Assembly (NCBI GenBank): GCA_963797095.1
Contig: CAWCNY010000004.1
Span: 663,632 to 727,631, forward strand
Length of the DNA: 64,000 bases
DNA from: an uncultured Chloroflexia bacterium
Lineage (GTDB): Bacteria > Chloroflexota > Chloroflexia > QHBQ01 > JADMIH01
Direction: 5' to 3'
Below are positions 47,349 to 57,508 of this stretch, one piece after another; position 1 is the stretch's first letter; each line of letters starts with the position of its first letter. The position numbers were made by a program, and so were the translations under genes. The notes beneath the pieces were generated by a model, which was not told the origin of the DNA, did not search any database, and was given only the letters and a program-made list of their open reading frames with translations.

Positions 47349-47954
47349 TCACGTATCACGCTCCATCTCACTCGCAAGCAGGATCGCCTCCGCGACCTCA
47401 CGCATAGTCTTGCGGGTGTCCATGCTGCGCTTCTGGATGCGGCGGAAGGCATCGGCCTCGGACAGACCAAAGCGGTCCATCAAGAAGCCCTTGGCTCTGT
47501 CGATGATCTTGCGGGCCTCAAGAGCCTCTTTCAGGTCGCCCAGTTCCTTCTGCAATTGCTGGAACTCGCGGAACCTGCCCAACGTCACCTCGATAGCCGG
47601 GCCAAGTTGGGCCTCCCTGAACGGCTTCACCAGATAACCCACCACGCCAGCCTGCGTTGCTCTCTGCACAAGCTCGGGCTCGCTGTAGGCCGTCAGTAGC
47701 AACACAGGAGCGATACTCTCCTGCGTCAGCACCCGCGCCGCTTCGATGCCGTCCATCTCCGGCATCCTGATATCCATGATCACCAGTTCAGGCTTCAGAT
47801 CGCGCGCCAGCGTCAGAACATTCCTGCCGTCCGCGGCCTCACCCACCACCTGGTAGTTCAGGTCGGTTAGCATCTCGCGCAAATCCATACGAATGATCGG
47901 GTCGTCGTCCGCGATCACCACCTTGCTGCCTGTTCTTGTTCCGATCCCTGCCAT
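47349..47954 (-). CDS. ANTAR-domain response regulator (PdtaR/EutV-like)
   Basis: REC domain plus RKIIDRAKGFLM...SEADAFRRIQKRSMD. Confidence 0.92.
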   Translation of the reverse strand: MAGIGTRTGSKVVIADDDPIIRMDLREMLTDLNYQVVGEAADGRNVLTLARDLKPELVIMDIRMPEMDGIEAARVLTQESIAPVLLLTAYSEPELVQRATQAGVVGYLVKPFREAQLGPAIEVTLGRFREFQQLQKELGDLKEALEARKIIDRAKGFLMDRFGLSEADAFRRIQKRSMDTRKTMREVAEAILLASEMERDT

Positions 47955-48090
47955 AGTGCACTCTCCTGAAGAAAGTTTACTCTCAATTATAACATGCACC
48001 CATTAGTCAAGCTCGTATACAATTCACCGGCCCACACCTTTTCTTGCGCAAAACTTCACTCCCAGAACACACCTGTGGTATAATAGTTTT

Positions 48091-49470
48091 ATGCACAAAC
48101 GTTCTGATTCGGCGCTCAAAACCGCATCGCTGGAGGTCGCGTATCCACCCCAAGAAGAGCACACTGTAAACACTATGAACTCCCAGGTGCCACTCGCCGC
48201 CCGCATGCGCCCGCGCATTCTTGATGAGATTGTTGGGCAGGAGCATATCCTTGCTCCGGGCAAGACTCTGCGCCGCGCAATCGAGGCCGACCGTCTCCCT
48301 TCGCTCATTCTTTGGGGACCACCAGGCAGCGGCAAAACCACCCTGGCCCAGGTGATCGCCAACACCAGCCACCGCATCTTCGCGCCCGTAAGCGCCGTAT
48401 CCGCGGGTGTAGCCGACCTGCGCCGAATCGTCAAAGAAGCCGCCGAACGCCTGGCTGATACAGGGCAGCGCACGATGCTCTTCATAGATGAAATCCATCG
48501 CTTCAACAAAAGCCAGCAAGACGCCATCCTCCCACATGTCGAGGACGGCACGGTTACCCTCATTGGCGCTACCACCGAGAACCCATCCTTCGAGGTCAAT
48601 TCGGCCCTTCTCTCTCGCTCGCGCGTGGTAGTGCTCCAACCCCTCAAGCCTGAACACCTCGAACGCATAGTGGACAATGCCCTCACCGACAAGGAGCGGG
48701 GTCTGGGCGGCCTGCACGCCAGCCTCAGCGCCGACGCACGAACTCATCTGCTCGCCGTTTCAGACGGCGACGCCCGTTCACTCCTCAACACCCTTGAGCT
48801 TGCCGCTGTTTCAACACAACCCAACCCTGATGGACAGCGCACGATCACAATTGAAGTGATAGAGGACGCCGCCCAGAAGCGTTGGCTCCAATACGACCGC
48901 GCAGGCGACGGGCACTACGACGCCATATCCGCCCTCCACAAATCGGTGCGCGACTCCGACCCCGACGGCTCCCTCTACTGGCTGGCCCGTATGCTTGAGG
49001 CAGGCGAAGACGCGCTATATGTTGCCCGGCGCATTGTGCGTATGGCGACCGAGGATATCGGTATGGCCGACCCCCACGCGCTCACCCTCTGCATGGCCGC
49101 TCAACAGGCGGTGCACTTCCTCGGTATGCCCGAAGGCGAGCTTGCACTGGCCGAGGCCGTGGTCTATCTATCGGTCGCACCCAAGAGTAATGCTGTCTAT
49201 ACCGCCTACAGCATGGTCAAGGATGATGTAGCCCGCACCCGCAACGAGCCTGTACCCATTCACCTGCGCAACGCCCCCACCCGTTTGATGAAAGGCCTCG
49301 GCTACGGCAAGGGCTACAAGTACGCCCACGACTACGAGGGCGCGCAGGTTGACCAACAGCATCTACCCGATTCCCTGAAAAGTCGCCACTACTACCACCC
49401 AACCGATCGAGGCCACGAAGCTCGCATCAGCCAGAGAATGGAGGAACGGCGGACGACGAGTGAAGAGTGA
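48091..49470 (+). CDS. rarA: Replication-associated recombination protein A
   Basis: PLAARMRP, GPPGSGKT, IDEIHRF, GATTENP, SALHKSVRDSD, GYKYAHD. Confidence 0.95.
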   Translation: MHKRSDSALKTASLEVAYPPQEEHTVNTMNSQVPLAARMRPRILDEIVGQEHILAPGKTLRRAIEADRLPSLILWGPPGSGKTTLAQVIANTSHRIFAPVSAVSAGVADLRRIVKEAAERLADTGQRTMLFIDEIHRFNKSQQDAILPHVEDGTVTLIGATTENPSFEVNSALLSRSRVVVLQPLKPEHLERIVDNALTDKERGLGGLHASLSADARTHLLAVSDGDARSLLNTLELAAVSTQPNPDGQRTITIEVIEDAAQKRWLQYDRAGDGHYDAISALHKSVRDSDPDGSLYWLARMLEAGEDALYVARRIVRMATEDIGMADPHALTLCMAAQQAVHFLGMPEGELALAEAVVYLSVAPKSNAVYTAYSMVKDDVARTRNEPVPIHLRNAPTRLMKGLGYGKGYKYAHDYEGAQVDQQHLPDSLKSRHYYHPTDRGHEARISQRMEERRTTSEE

Positions 49471-49479
49471 AGAGTGAAG

Positions 49480-50250
49480 GTGCGCCCGTAAAGGGTCTTA
49501 GTGCCAGTGAGATTGCTCCGAACAATCTCGCTTCCTGAGGGAAAGGAAGCTACTCAGTGCCTTACCTCAAGAGTGAAAACTCGTGAGGGAACATAGCACG
49601 GCATCAGTAAGGGAAAACAATGGTTCCAGTCAACCGGAGGGTTTCTCAGAGTAATTTCGACATGGTGAAGGCTAAACTGCTTGAAGCTCAGAACCGAGTG
49701 GGGCAACTTGAACCGGGTGAGCAGGCTGGTGACAGGTGACAGCAAGGCTGGTGACACTCACTTTTGGCCCAACATCCCATTTCTCCTCATGATGGGATGT
49801 ACCCTCTAGGCCAACACAGTCTCAGTAAGAGAATAAAGGTTTGAACGAGCCACCTAAATCGAAAGCATCTGGTTTAAGACTAAACGGGGATAGCTCGAGT
49901 GTAAATGCCACTGCGTTAGATACAAGTCTGACACAAGGCTATGGTTGCAGGACCTGAATATTACACCAGGCTACGGAGCGAGAGTAGTAGTCAGTGGAGT
50001 AATGCCCACTCTCGGCGCACGTTAACGGCGTGTACAAGGCGAAGTCTCGCAGGTCCTTCACTTGCAAGGGGGAAAGGAGGAGCACATAGTGCCACAACAA
50101 CCGAAAATCCTACTTGCAATACTTGGCTTGCCAGCCAAGGAACGAAGGACGGGAAAGCCGAGATACTCAGAAATGAGTACGTCCGGTTTGGAGGCGAGGG
50201 CAGTGAAACCTGAGATAGCAATACCTCAAGGCGCACGGCCCTTAGCCTAC
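49480..50250 (+). mobile_element. ORF-less group II intron (subgroup IIA, Ll.LtrB-like), 771 nt
   Basis: 5' GTGCGCCC; GGGAACATAGCACGG and ACGGAG..GTAGTAGTC resemble Ll.LtrB as recalled; DV AAGCCGAGATACTCAGAAATGAGTACGTCCGGTTT; DVI with bulged A ending CCTAC. Removing it restores a perfect (AGTGAAG)4 array. Confidence 0.92.
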
Positions 50251-50293
50251 AGTGAAGAGTGACTACCGACTGTTAATAGTTCGATAATAGACC

Positions 50294-53200
50294 GTGGACC
50301 TGACCTGTCTTGCTTTTATCGGCGCAATCTTGCTCCTGCTGGGGCTGGGTGTGCTAGTCTATGACTCGCTTCGGCGCAAGCAAAACCAGAATCCCTATCA
50401 TTTCCCCGACGTTACAACCCATGCCCTTGACGATACGGCCCTTCAAGCGCAGCTACAGCCTTCCCCCCCTTCACAAACGAGCAAACCGCAAACTCCCGGT
50501 ATAGCAACAACCTTCTTGCGCCTTTATTCCGCGGCTGTACAGGCCGGTGGCAGGCGGATCAGCAGATGGAAGCAGCCTCGTAGCAGCCAGACAGCCATTC
50601 CCACAGTACAGAGTAGACCAACAGATCTCATGGCGCGCATAGCAGCCGTGATATCCCGCCGGGCATTGGTAGTAATCGTGACGGCCTCTCTTGCCCTCTG
50701 CGTCGTGAGTGTCACCATCCTGGTGACAGGCGCGAATGGTTCATCGAGACCTCCCGGCGTAGTGATAGGCATTGCGCGCTTTGCAGGCGCACCCCAGGAA
50801 GGGTCGTCTGATCCAACCACCTTGTTAGCCGACGATATCCTCCGAGGCGCGGATGGTGCTGCTATCACTATCCGCTCATCACGCATCGTCCCTGTGAACG
50901 ACTCGCAAGCCCAGGCCGAGCGCGCCCGCCTCGACGCCGATTTCCTCATCTGGGGCGATTTCGGGCCATCAGGAGCGATCACGGCCAACCTCGTCCTCTC
51001 ACCCGATTTCGCTCCTGTTACACAGCCGTGGCAAACCTATGACGATCCGGATCCCGATCTGCTGATCCTGCCCGCGAGTGCCACCGTCTATCTACGTGCT
51101 GGTGGTGGCCTCGATCCCCTCGTGCCTCTCTCACTCGCACTGGTACGCTGGCACTGGGGCGACTTTGCGGGCGCGTCCGTTGCGGCCTGGGGCGCGCAGG
51201 CCACCCTCGACGAGAATGGCGGCTCCAGCCTGGCACGCTTCCCATCCGTCGTGCAAGCCTACGCCCGCCTCGCCCAGGGAGACTATTCTGATACCGCTTC
51301 TGTCGTTGACAGCATTGAGGACGCGGGCGCTATCGGCCCGCCCGCGCTGCTTGCCCGCTCTGCCGCTCGCCTTCTCACCAACGATTATTCGGGCGCGAGC
51401 GACGATGCAAATCGCGTGATCTCCGACCGCGACGCTACAGCCGCCATCCTTGCTCGCGCTTACCTGCTTCGAGCCAGAGCACGCTACAACGTGGGCAGCC
51501 TTACCGATGCGCTCGGCGACCTCGATCAAGCCGCGCGCCTCGACCCTACCCTTCTGAGGGTTCGCCTCGAGCGCGCCGAAACTTACTATCGCCAGGCCCA
51601 GCCATCGCTCGCCAACGACGAGCTGGTCGCTCTCCTGAAGTCCGCCCCTTCAGCCGCTCCCGCCTACCGTCTGCTCGGCCTCGTGCGCCTTATGCAGGGC
51701 CAGCCCGATGGCGCTCTGGAACCGTTGAGCAAAGCCCGCGAGCTTTACGCTGGCTGGACCGACGCCCAACGCAAAGACGAAGCGCAGGCCGAGGCCCAGG
51801 GTGATAGCCACCGCGCCCATGCTGCCTCTGACAATATCGTAACGCTCAACAAAAGGCTGGCGGGCATCGCCCTTTACGAGGGGATGGCCTATGCAGATAA
51901 AGCCCGTAACGAGCCTTCCGAAAGCTTCCTTGCGGGCATATGGCGCGGCATTCGCGGCGAGCCATCGACAGCAGACCGCGCACTTGCCAGAATGCAAGAG
52001 GCATCCCGCCTCGACCCCCGCAGGCCCGATATACCACTCCAGATGGGTAGCTTCTACACGTTTCTCGGCCAGTTCGACAAGGCCGAAGAGCAGTTGCGCC
52101 TCGCTCTCGATCTCGATCCCAACTCGCCCGACTCTTACATGGCTCTCGCACAGCTACAAGAGAACGAGGGCAAAGCCGCCGATGCTATTTCTACGCTCGA
52201 ATCGTTCGTTGCAACCTCGCCCCGCTACTATCCTGCTTATGACTACCTCTACAATCTCTACACCTCGGCAGGCAACCCTCAGCAAGCCCAAGCGGCCCTT
52301 GAGAACGCCCTCTCCGTAGAGCCACTAACACCGGGTGACCACCTCTGGCGCGGGAAAATCCTGATTACCCTGGGCCGCCAGGATGAAGCAATTGGCGAAT
52401 TGCAAGCCGCCACCGCCGATCCCGAAGTGTGGGAGGCCCATTTCCTCCTTGGTAACATCTATGCGGACCAGGGACGTGGACCCGACGCCCTGGCCGAATA
52501 CCAGGCTGTGCTTGCCAAGCGACCCAACCACGCAGGCGCCTTGCTGGGCGCGGGGCGCTTGCTGGTGCTGGCGGGCAGGGGAGACGAAGCACAGACCCTG
52601 TTGGAAAGGCTGACATCGGTCGCGCCTTCCAACGTTGAAGGCCACATCTCTCTGCTTGGCCTGTTGCTGGCAAAAGGAGAGACCGACCGCGCGGTGGCCG
52701 AAGGGGAGCGTGCCGTGGCGGCAAACCCCGAGCGCGCCGACGCCTACTTCTTCCTGGGCACTGCCTACGAGGCCAGGGAGGATTGGGCCAAAGCCGCCGA
52801 CGCCTACAAGTCGGCCACCGACCGCAACCCGCAGGACTTCCAATCGTTCTTAAACTGGGCGCGTACCCTATTGCGGCAGGACCTCTATAGCTCCTCTATC
52901 GACGTGAGCAACCAGGCAATAACTCTTCGACCCTCCGATCCCCAGCCTTACCGCTGGCGGGCAGAATCCCAGCTTGCGCTTGGCAATGCCGATGGCGCGC
53001 TTTCGTCGCTCGGCGACGCAGTGCGGCTCGGCCCCAACGACCCATTCGCGCTTGCCCTCACCGCCCGCGCCTATACCACCAAAGGCGACGAGCAATCCGC
53101 TCTCGATTATGCAAACCAATCTTTCAAAGCCAGGCCGCAGGATGCTACAGGTCAGCTTGCCCTGGGCGACATCTACCTCACCTGGGGTCAGGCAAGTGAG

Positions 53201-53809
53201 GCCATCCAGGCATTCGGCACCGCCACCGAGCTAGCTTCCACAGACTATGACGTGGCGCTTGCTCTCACGGGCGAGGCACGAGCCTACATGCTATCGGGCG
53301 ATACGCAACACGCGATGCAATACTTCGCACAGGCCACCCAGCGCGACCCCAACGCGGGAGAGCCACACCTCTACCTGGGCACGCTTTACACTCAGGCGAA
53401 CGCCGGCGACGACGCTTTGCGCGAGTACCGCTCTGCCGTCGCGTTGCGCCCCAACTGGCCCCTTGCGCTATACTATGTCGGTAAGGCTTACCTGCTCCGG
53501 CGCGACCTCACCGACGCAGGCGCCTCCTTTTCCAGGGCGGTTCAGTATTCGCCCAACATGTTTCAAGCCTGGTTCGGCCTCGGCCTCGCCTACCGCGATG
53601 GAGGGCACCCACAGGAAGCGGTGCAGGCGTTCACCAAAGCCTCAACCCTCAAGCCCGACTACGCGGAAGCCTGGCTCTACCTGGGCCTTACCCTCGAAGA
53701 ATCAGGCGACCGGGCCAGCGCAACCGAAGCCTTCAGCCACGCTCGCGACACCGCCCCCACCGACGCCATCCGCGCCCAGGCCGAAGAAGGCCTCTCAAGA
53801 GTAAGATGA
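50294..53809 (+). CDS. Large membrane-anchored tetratricopeptide repeat protein
   Basis: Two N-terminal TM segments and about 20 TPR units (e.g. LKPDYAEAWLYLG). Confidence 0.9.
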   Translation: MDLTCLAFIGAILLLLGLGVLVYDSLRRKQNQNPYHFPDVTTHALDDTALQAQLQPSPPSQTSKPQTPGIATTFLRLYSAAVQAGGRRISRWKQPRSSQTAIPTVQSRPTDLMARIAAVISRRALVVIVTASLALCVVSVTILVTGANGSSRPPGVVIGIARFAGAPQEGSSDPTTLLADDILRGADGAAITIRSSRIVPVNDSQAQAERARLDADFLIWGDFGPSGAITANLVLSPDFAPVTQPWQTYDDPDPDLLILPASATVYLRAGGGLDPLVPLSLALVRWHWGDFAGASVAAWGAQATLDENGGSSLARFPSVVQAYARLAQGDYSDTASVVDSIEDAGAIGPPALLARSAARLLTNDYSGASDDANRVISDRDATAAILARAYLLRARARYNVGSLTDALGDLDQAARLDPTLLRVRLERAETYYRQAQPSLANDELVALLKSAPSAAPAYRLLGLVRLMQGQPDGALEPLSKARELYAGWTDAQRKDEAQAEAQGDSHRAHAASDNIVTLNKRLAGIALYEGMAYADKARNEPSESFLAGIWRGIRGEPSTADRALARMQEASRLDPRRPDIPLQMGSFYTFLGQFDKAEEQLRLALDLDPNSPDSYMALAQLQENEGKAADAISTLESFVATSPRYYPAYDYLYNLYTSAGNPQQAQAALENALSVEPLTPGDHLWRGKILITLGRQDEAIGELQAATADPEVWEAHFLLGNIYADQGRGPDALAEYQAVLAKRPNHAGALLGAGRLLVLAGRGDEAQTLLERLTSVAPSNVEGHISLLGLLLAKGETDRAVAEGERAVAANPERADAYFFLGTAYEAREDWAKAADAYKSATDRNPQDFQSFLNWARTLLRQDLYSSSIDVSNQAITLRPSDPQPYRWRAESQLALGNADGALSSLGDAVRLGPNDPFALALTARAYTTKGDEQSALDYANQSFKARPQDATGQLALGDIYLTWGQASEAIQAFGTATELASTDYDVALALTGEARAYMLSGDTQHAMQYFAQATQRDPNAGEPHLYLGTLYTQANAGDDALREYRSAVALRPNWPLALYYVGKAYLLRRDLTDAGASFSRAVQYSPNMFQAWFGLGLAYRDGGHPQEAVQAFTKASTLKPDYAEAWLYLGLTLEESGDRASATEAFSHARDTAPTDAIRAQAEEGLSRVR

Positions 53810-53834
53810 ACGCTAACGCTCATTCCATCGGCGC

Positions 53835-56021
53835 TTGTCGTCCGTCGTCCATCGTCCATTGACCACCCTGACACTTACTGCCGCGCAGACTGACGCCCGC
53901 ATCCGCGCCAACGAAGGGACCGTAAGCTGGCGCACTGCCGCCCTCGATATTGGAGCGGTGGGGCTGGCGTGTATCATCTTCCTGGCCCTTACCCTCTACC
54001 ACCTTGATCTTCCTGGCCTCTACGCCGACGAAGCCTTCGACGTGATCCCGGCCATGCAACTCTTGCTCGGCCACCCGGTGGAGCTACAGCGCAACGTCGG
54101 CCTCCATGTCTTCGGTCTCGATCTGCCCCTCATGTCAAGTAGCGACTATCAGGGCGTTACCAGCACCTACCTCGTTCTACCTTTCTTCGCGCTCTTCGGC
54201 ATTAACGTGGTGTCACTCCGCCTGATGACCGTAAGCGTGGGCGTGCTGGGTGTAATTCTTACTTTCTTCCTGGCGCGCCGCTGGTTCGGCGCTGGTACGG
54301 CACGTGTCTCAGTACTCCTGATGGCTACCTCTCCCGCCTGGGTCTTCTGGAGCAGGCTCGGCGTGTATGTCGTCTCCCAGGTGATGCCAATCGCCGCCGG
54401 ATCGTTGATCGCCTTCACTGTATGGGTGCGCAGAAGGCCCATGGGCCACCGCAACGGCCCCCTTTACGCCGGGCTGTTTCTCCTCGGCCTTGGCCTTACC
54501 ACCAAGCTCCTTTTCCTCTGGTTCATCGTAGCTGTACCCCTCGCCGCGCTCGTACTTTATGGAAAGCGCGTCTGGGACACACGGCGTGATTGGCGGCTCG
54601 AACGTGGACGCTGGCTGCGCATCGCCATTCTATCGGCACTGGCGTTCTGTCTCGGAGCCTCGCCCTTCATCCTATACAACATCCTTTCAGGCGGCACCTT
54701 CAGCCTGATCCGCCACACTCTCTCTGCGCCGGGTACCACCAGCGGCGTAGACAACACCGCTATCCTTCGCAACCTCTGGACCCGCGCGGACGACTTCCGG
54801 GTGCTGCTCGATGGTGGCTACTTCTGGTTCCAGGCACAGCCCGGCACCATACACTTCAACCCGCTCACACCCCTCGTCTTCGTGCTATCCGCAATCGGCT
54901 TGATCGTATTGATATTCACCGACCACCCGAACAGCGGCCCTACATTGACCGCCGCCAGGCCGCTGGCCCAGGGTGCGGGGCTTACACTCCTCTCCCTTTT
55001 TGTTGCTTTCTTACTTTCCTTAGGTTTCCTAACCGGCACGCCCGCTTCAATCCTGGTGCTGTTCGTTGCTCTCCTTGCCTTTGTGGCGGCGATATTGGTG
55101 GTGCGATTCGCCTTGCTCAATCCTGGCGCGTGGCTGGCTTCCGGTTGGCTCCTGCTGGCGGCAACCGTACTTTCCGGCACAATATGGTGGATTGGTGGGG
55201 CAGGCCGTCCCGAAGGACGCGCCCCCGAGGCCTTCGTGGGCCTCTGGCCAATCGACGCCACCGGAGCAATCTTCTGGATATCAGGTGCGGGCCTGATGCT
55301 CCTCCTGGGCTGGGATGCCACACCCGTGCCGGGCCAGCGTCCCGCCACAGCGGCCATTGCCCTCACCGGGCTGGTGATCGGGCAGAGCGCCGTCACCGTT
55401 TCCGGCCTCTGGAGCACCCATCTTATTGTGCTATTCCCCCTGCCCCAGATGGTGATCGCCGCCTTCGCCATCTCGCTCGCCCGCCGCTTCGCCGCCCGCG
55501 TTCGCCGCGACTGGCAGGGCTGGCGGCGAAGGCTCGCATTTACTCTCACCCTGGTGGCCCTCGCAGGCTCTATTATGGCCTTTGATGTAGGTGTAGCCTA
55601 CCAGTATCACAGCGATATGGCGATCACAGGCGGCAGCGCCACTTTCTCAGACTCGATCTACACTCTTTCCACCTATCTTGATACCCTGAACCCACGCCCC
55701 AAAGTGATCAGCCTCGATTGGGGCATCAAGCGCCCCGTCCAGTTACTCACCCAGGACCGCGTGAACACCATTGACGCATATGGGTACGAAACCACCCCCA
55801 GCGATGCAACCAAGCAGGCCTTAGCCGACCTCGTAAACCAGCCTGACACCCTCTATCTGTTCCATGACAAACAGGCGGGCATAGCATACCCACGCTTCGA
55901 TCTCTTCAAGCAAATCGCAGCCAACGCGGGCAAGCAACCCTCCCTGGAGCGCACATTCTACAGCCGCAACGGACTCCCCGTCTACGAAGTCTACTCACTA
56001 TCACCCGGCCCCAAACCCTGA
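53835..56021 (+). CDS. GT-C fold glycosyltransferase (PMT_2/ArnT-like)
   Basis: PGLYADEA loop, FALFG...SLRL, many TM segments; start is uncertain. Confidence 0.82.
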   Translation: MSSVVHRPLTTLTLTAAQTDARIRANEGTVSWRTAALDIGAVGLACIIFLALTLYHLDLPGLYADEAFDVIPAMQLLLGHPVELQRNVGLHVFGLDLPLMSSSDYQGVTSTYLVLPFFALFGINVVSLRLMTVSVGVLGVILTFFLARRWFGAGTARVSVLLMATSPAWVFWSRLGVYVVSQVMPIAAGSLIAFTVWVRRRPMGHRNGPLYAGLFLLGLGLTTKLLFLWFIVAVPLAALVLYGKRVWDTRRDWRLERGRWLRIAILSALAFCLGASPFILYNILSGGTFSLIRHTLSAPGTTSGVDNTAILRNLWTRADDFRVLLDGGYFWFQAQPGTIHFNPLTPLVFVLSAIGLIVLIFTDHPNSGPTLTAARPLAQGAGLTLLSLFVAFLLSLGFLTGTPASILVLFVALLAFVAAILVVRFALLNPGAWLASGWLLLAATVLSGTIWWIGGAGRPEGRAPEAFVGLWPIDATGAIFWISGAGLMLLLGWDATPVPGQRPATAAIALTGLVIGQSAVTVSGLWSTHLIVLFPLPQMVIAAFAISLARRFAARVRRDWQGWRRRLAFTLTLVALAGSIMAFDVGVAYQYHSDMAITGGSATFSDSIYTLSTYLDTLNPRPKVISLDWGIKRPVQLLTQDRVNTIDAYGYETTPSDATKQALADLVNQPDTLYLFHDKQAGIAYPRFDLFKQIAANAGKQPSLERTFYSRNGLPVYEVYSLSPGPKP

Positions 56022-56074
56022 CCGCCACTTGATGCGATAGAAGAAAGGACCATGCAGGGAGGATGGTCGGATTC

Positions 56075-56133
56075 GCCCTCACATGCTAAATGACATTGGC
56101 GGGACGAAACTGGACAGGTTTTGAGGTGTACTT
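56075..56133. repeat. Dispersed intergenic repeat, copy 2
   Basis: 50/59 identical to 9613-9671. Confidence 0.7.
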
Positions 56134-56333
56134 TCGGGTAGTTTTTCGGGATCTTGAGGAGCCACACATGGCCTTCACGCTAAACAAAAGTAGCACATCT
56201 ATGCTACAGGGCACGCTATTACTTCTTAAGTCCTATTGACTGAGACGCCCGGATATGATAATGTTAGTTGTATAGTCAGGCACCGAAAGTGCACTGGCCG
56301 ACACTTATTTTCATGCAGTAAAGGAGAAAAGAC

Positions 56334-57017
56334 ATTACAAGAGATTTCCGTGTAAATGGTAGAATCAGGGCGAGGGAAATACGCCTGATCGGTGAAGGCG
56401 GTGAAAACACCCTCATGTTCACACGCGACGCTATAGCCCTGGCACAACAGCGTGGCCTCGACCTCGTAGAGGTCGCACCCAATGAGAATCCGCCGGTCTG
56501 CAAGTTGATGGACTATGGTAAGTTCAAGTACGACCAGACCAAGAAGGAACGAGATGCTCGCAAGAGCCAGAAGCAAGTAGTCCTCAAGGAAGTCCGGCTC
56601 AGCCCCAAGATCGATGAACATGACGTCGACTACCGCACCAAGATGGTGCGCCGATTCCTGGAGGAAGGCAACAAAGTCAAGCTGGCAGTCAGGTTCAAGG
56701 GCCGTGAGCTGGCCCACACCAATCTTGGCCGCGACGTTTTGGAGCAAGTGCGCCTCGCATTGGGCGACAATGTCATTATAGAATCGCCCCCCAAAATGGA
56801 AGGCAAGAGCATGATCATGATCATTGCCCCGCGTCCCGCCAAAGGTGCCACTCGTCCACCCCGCCCTCAACCGCAGGCCGCCCAGGCTTCCTCAGAAGGT
56901 GAAGCCCCAGCCCCCGGCCCCGCTGCTCCTCCCAGAACCCCGGCACCTGCACCTGCCACAGCAGCAGTAGCCGCCCCCGCAACCGCCGAGCCTGCGGTTG
57001 CTCGTCCCACAAGATAA
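56334..57017 (+). CDS. infC: Translation initiation factor IF-3 (ATT start)
   Basis: AAGGAG RBS then in-frame ATT giving ITRDFRVNGRIRAREIRLIG; LDLVEVAP, PPVCKLMDYGKFKY, RFKGRE. Confidence 0.95.
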   Translation: MTRDFRVNGRIRAREIRLIGEGGENTLMFTRDAIALAQQRGLDLVEVAPNENPPVCKLMDYGKFKYDQTKKERDARKSQKQVVLKEVRLSPKIDEHDVDYRTKMVRRFLEEGNKVKLAVRFKGRELAHTNLGRDVLEQVRLALGDNVIIESPPKMEGKSMIMIIAPRPAKGATRPPRPQPQAAQASSEGEAPAPGPAAPPRTPAPAPATAAVAAPATAEPAVARPTR

Positions 57018-57389
57018 ACTTCAATCCATATTTGCCGAATTCAAGGGTCATAGGAATATGTATGACACCCGATTCGAGCACCCACAAGCGAGCCTGAATT
57101 TAGAATTCGGGATGTCTTATATTTGAACCGGATTGCACGCCTGCGAAGCTGAATCTAATATTCGTGGTGACACGTGCTTATGCCTGCTCTTCAGGCTTGA
57201 CAGCATAGACCCAACCAAAGTCCTACCCCCAATTAGGCCCATTGACGCATCCCAAATTTACCCCATGCTGCTATACTGGAGATGTGGGACATTCTGTGAA
57301 ACCGGCGCAACCAACCACACCCCTATCCGTTAGTTTAACTGTCGACCAAAACCGGCGACCGCACTATCAACTACGAAAGGAGGCCATAA

Positions 57390-57473
57390 ATGCTCGAAAT
57401 CGTCATGGCGCTGATCGCGCTCGTCGCTATCGACATCTACATAGCCTCCGCTCATCACAGCCGAGGTCGATAA
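57390..57473 (+). CDS. 27-aa hydrophobic peptide, type I toxin-like
   Basis: AAAGGAGG RBS; MLEIVMALIALVAIDIYIASAHHSRGR; terminator directly after. Confidence 0.6.
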   Translation: MLEIVMALIALVAIDIYIASAHHSRGR

Positions 57474-57478
57474 AAGAA

Positions 57479-57508
57479 AAGAGGGGGCCCGATGGGCCTC
57501 CTCTCTTC
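57479..57508. terminator. Bidirectional terminator
   Basis: AAGAGGGGGCCC-GAT-GGGCCTCCTCTCTT with an A-run on the left. Confidence 0.7.

Noticed and set aside
49941-50236. ORFs within the intron as a possible RT or homing endonuclease
   Set aside because: They are short, lack YADD, HNH and LAGLIDADG motifs, and overlap ribozyme domains.
54590-55585. 331-aa alternative-frame ORF and similar long shadow ORFs across the window
   Set aside because: They overlap well-supported genes, are Arg/Pro-rich, and are expected in high-GC DNA.
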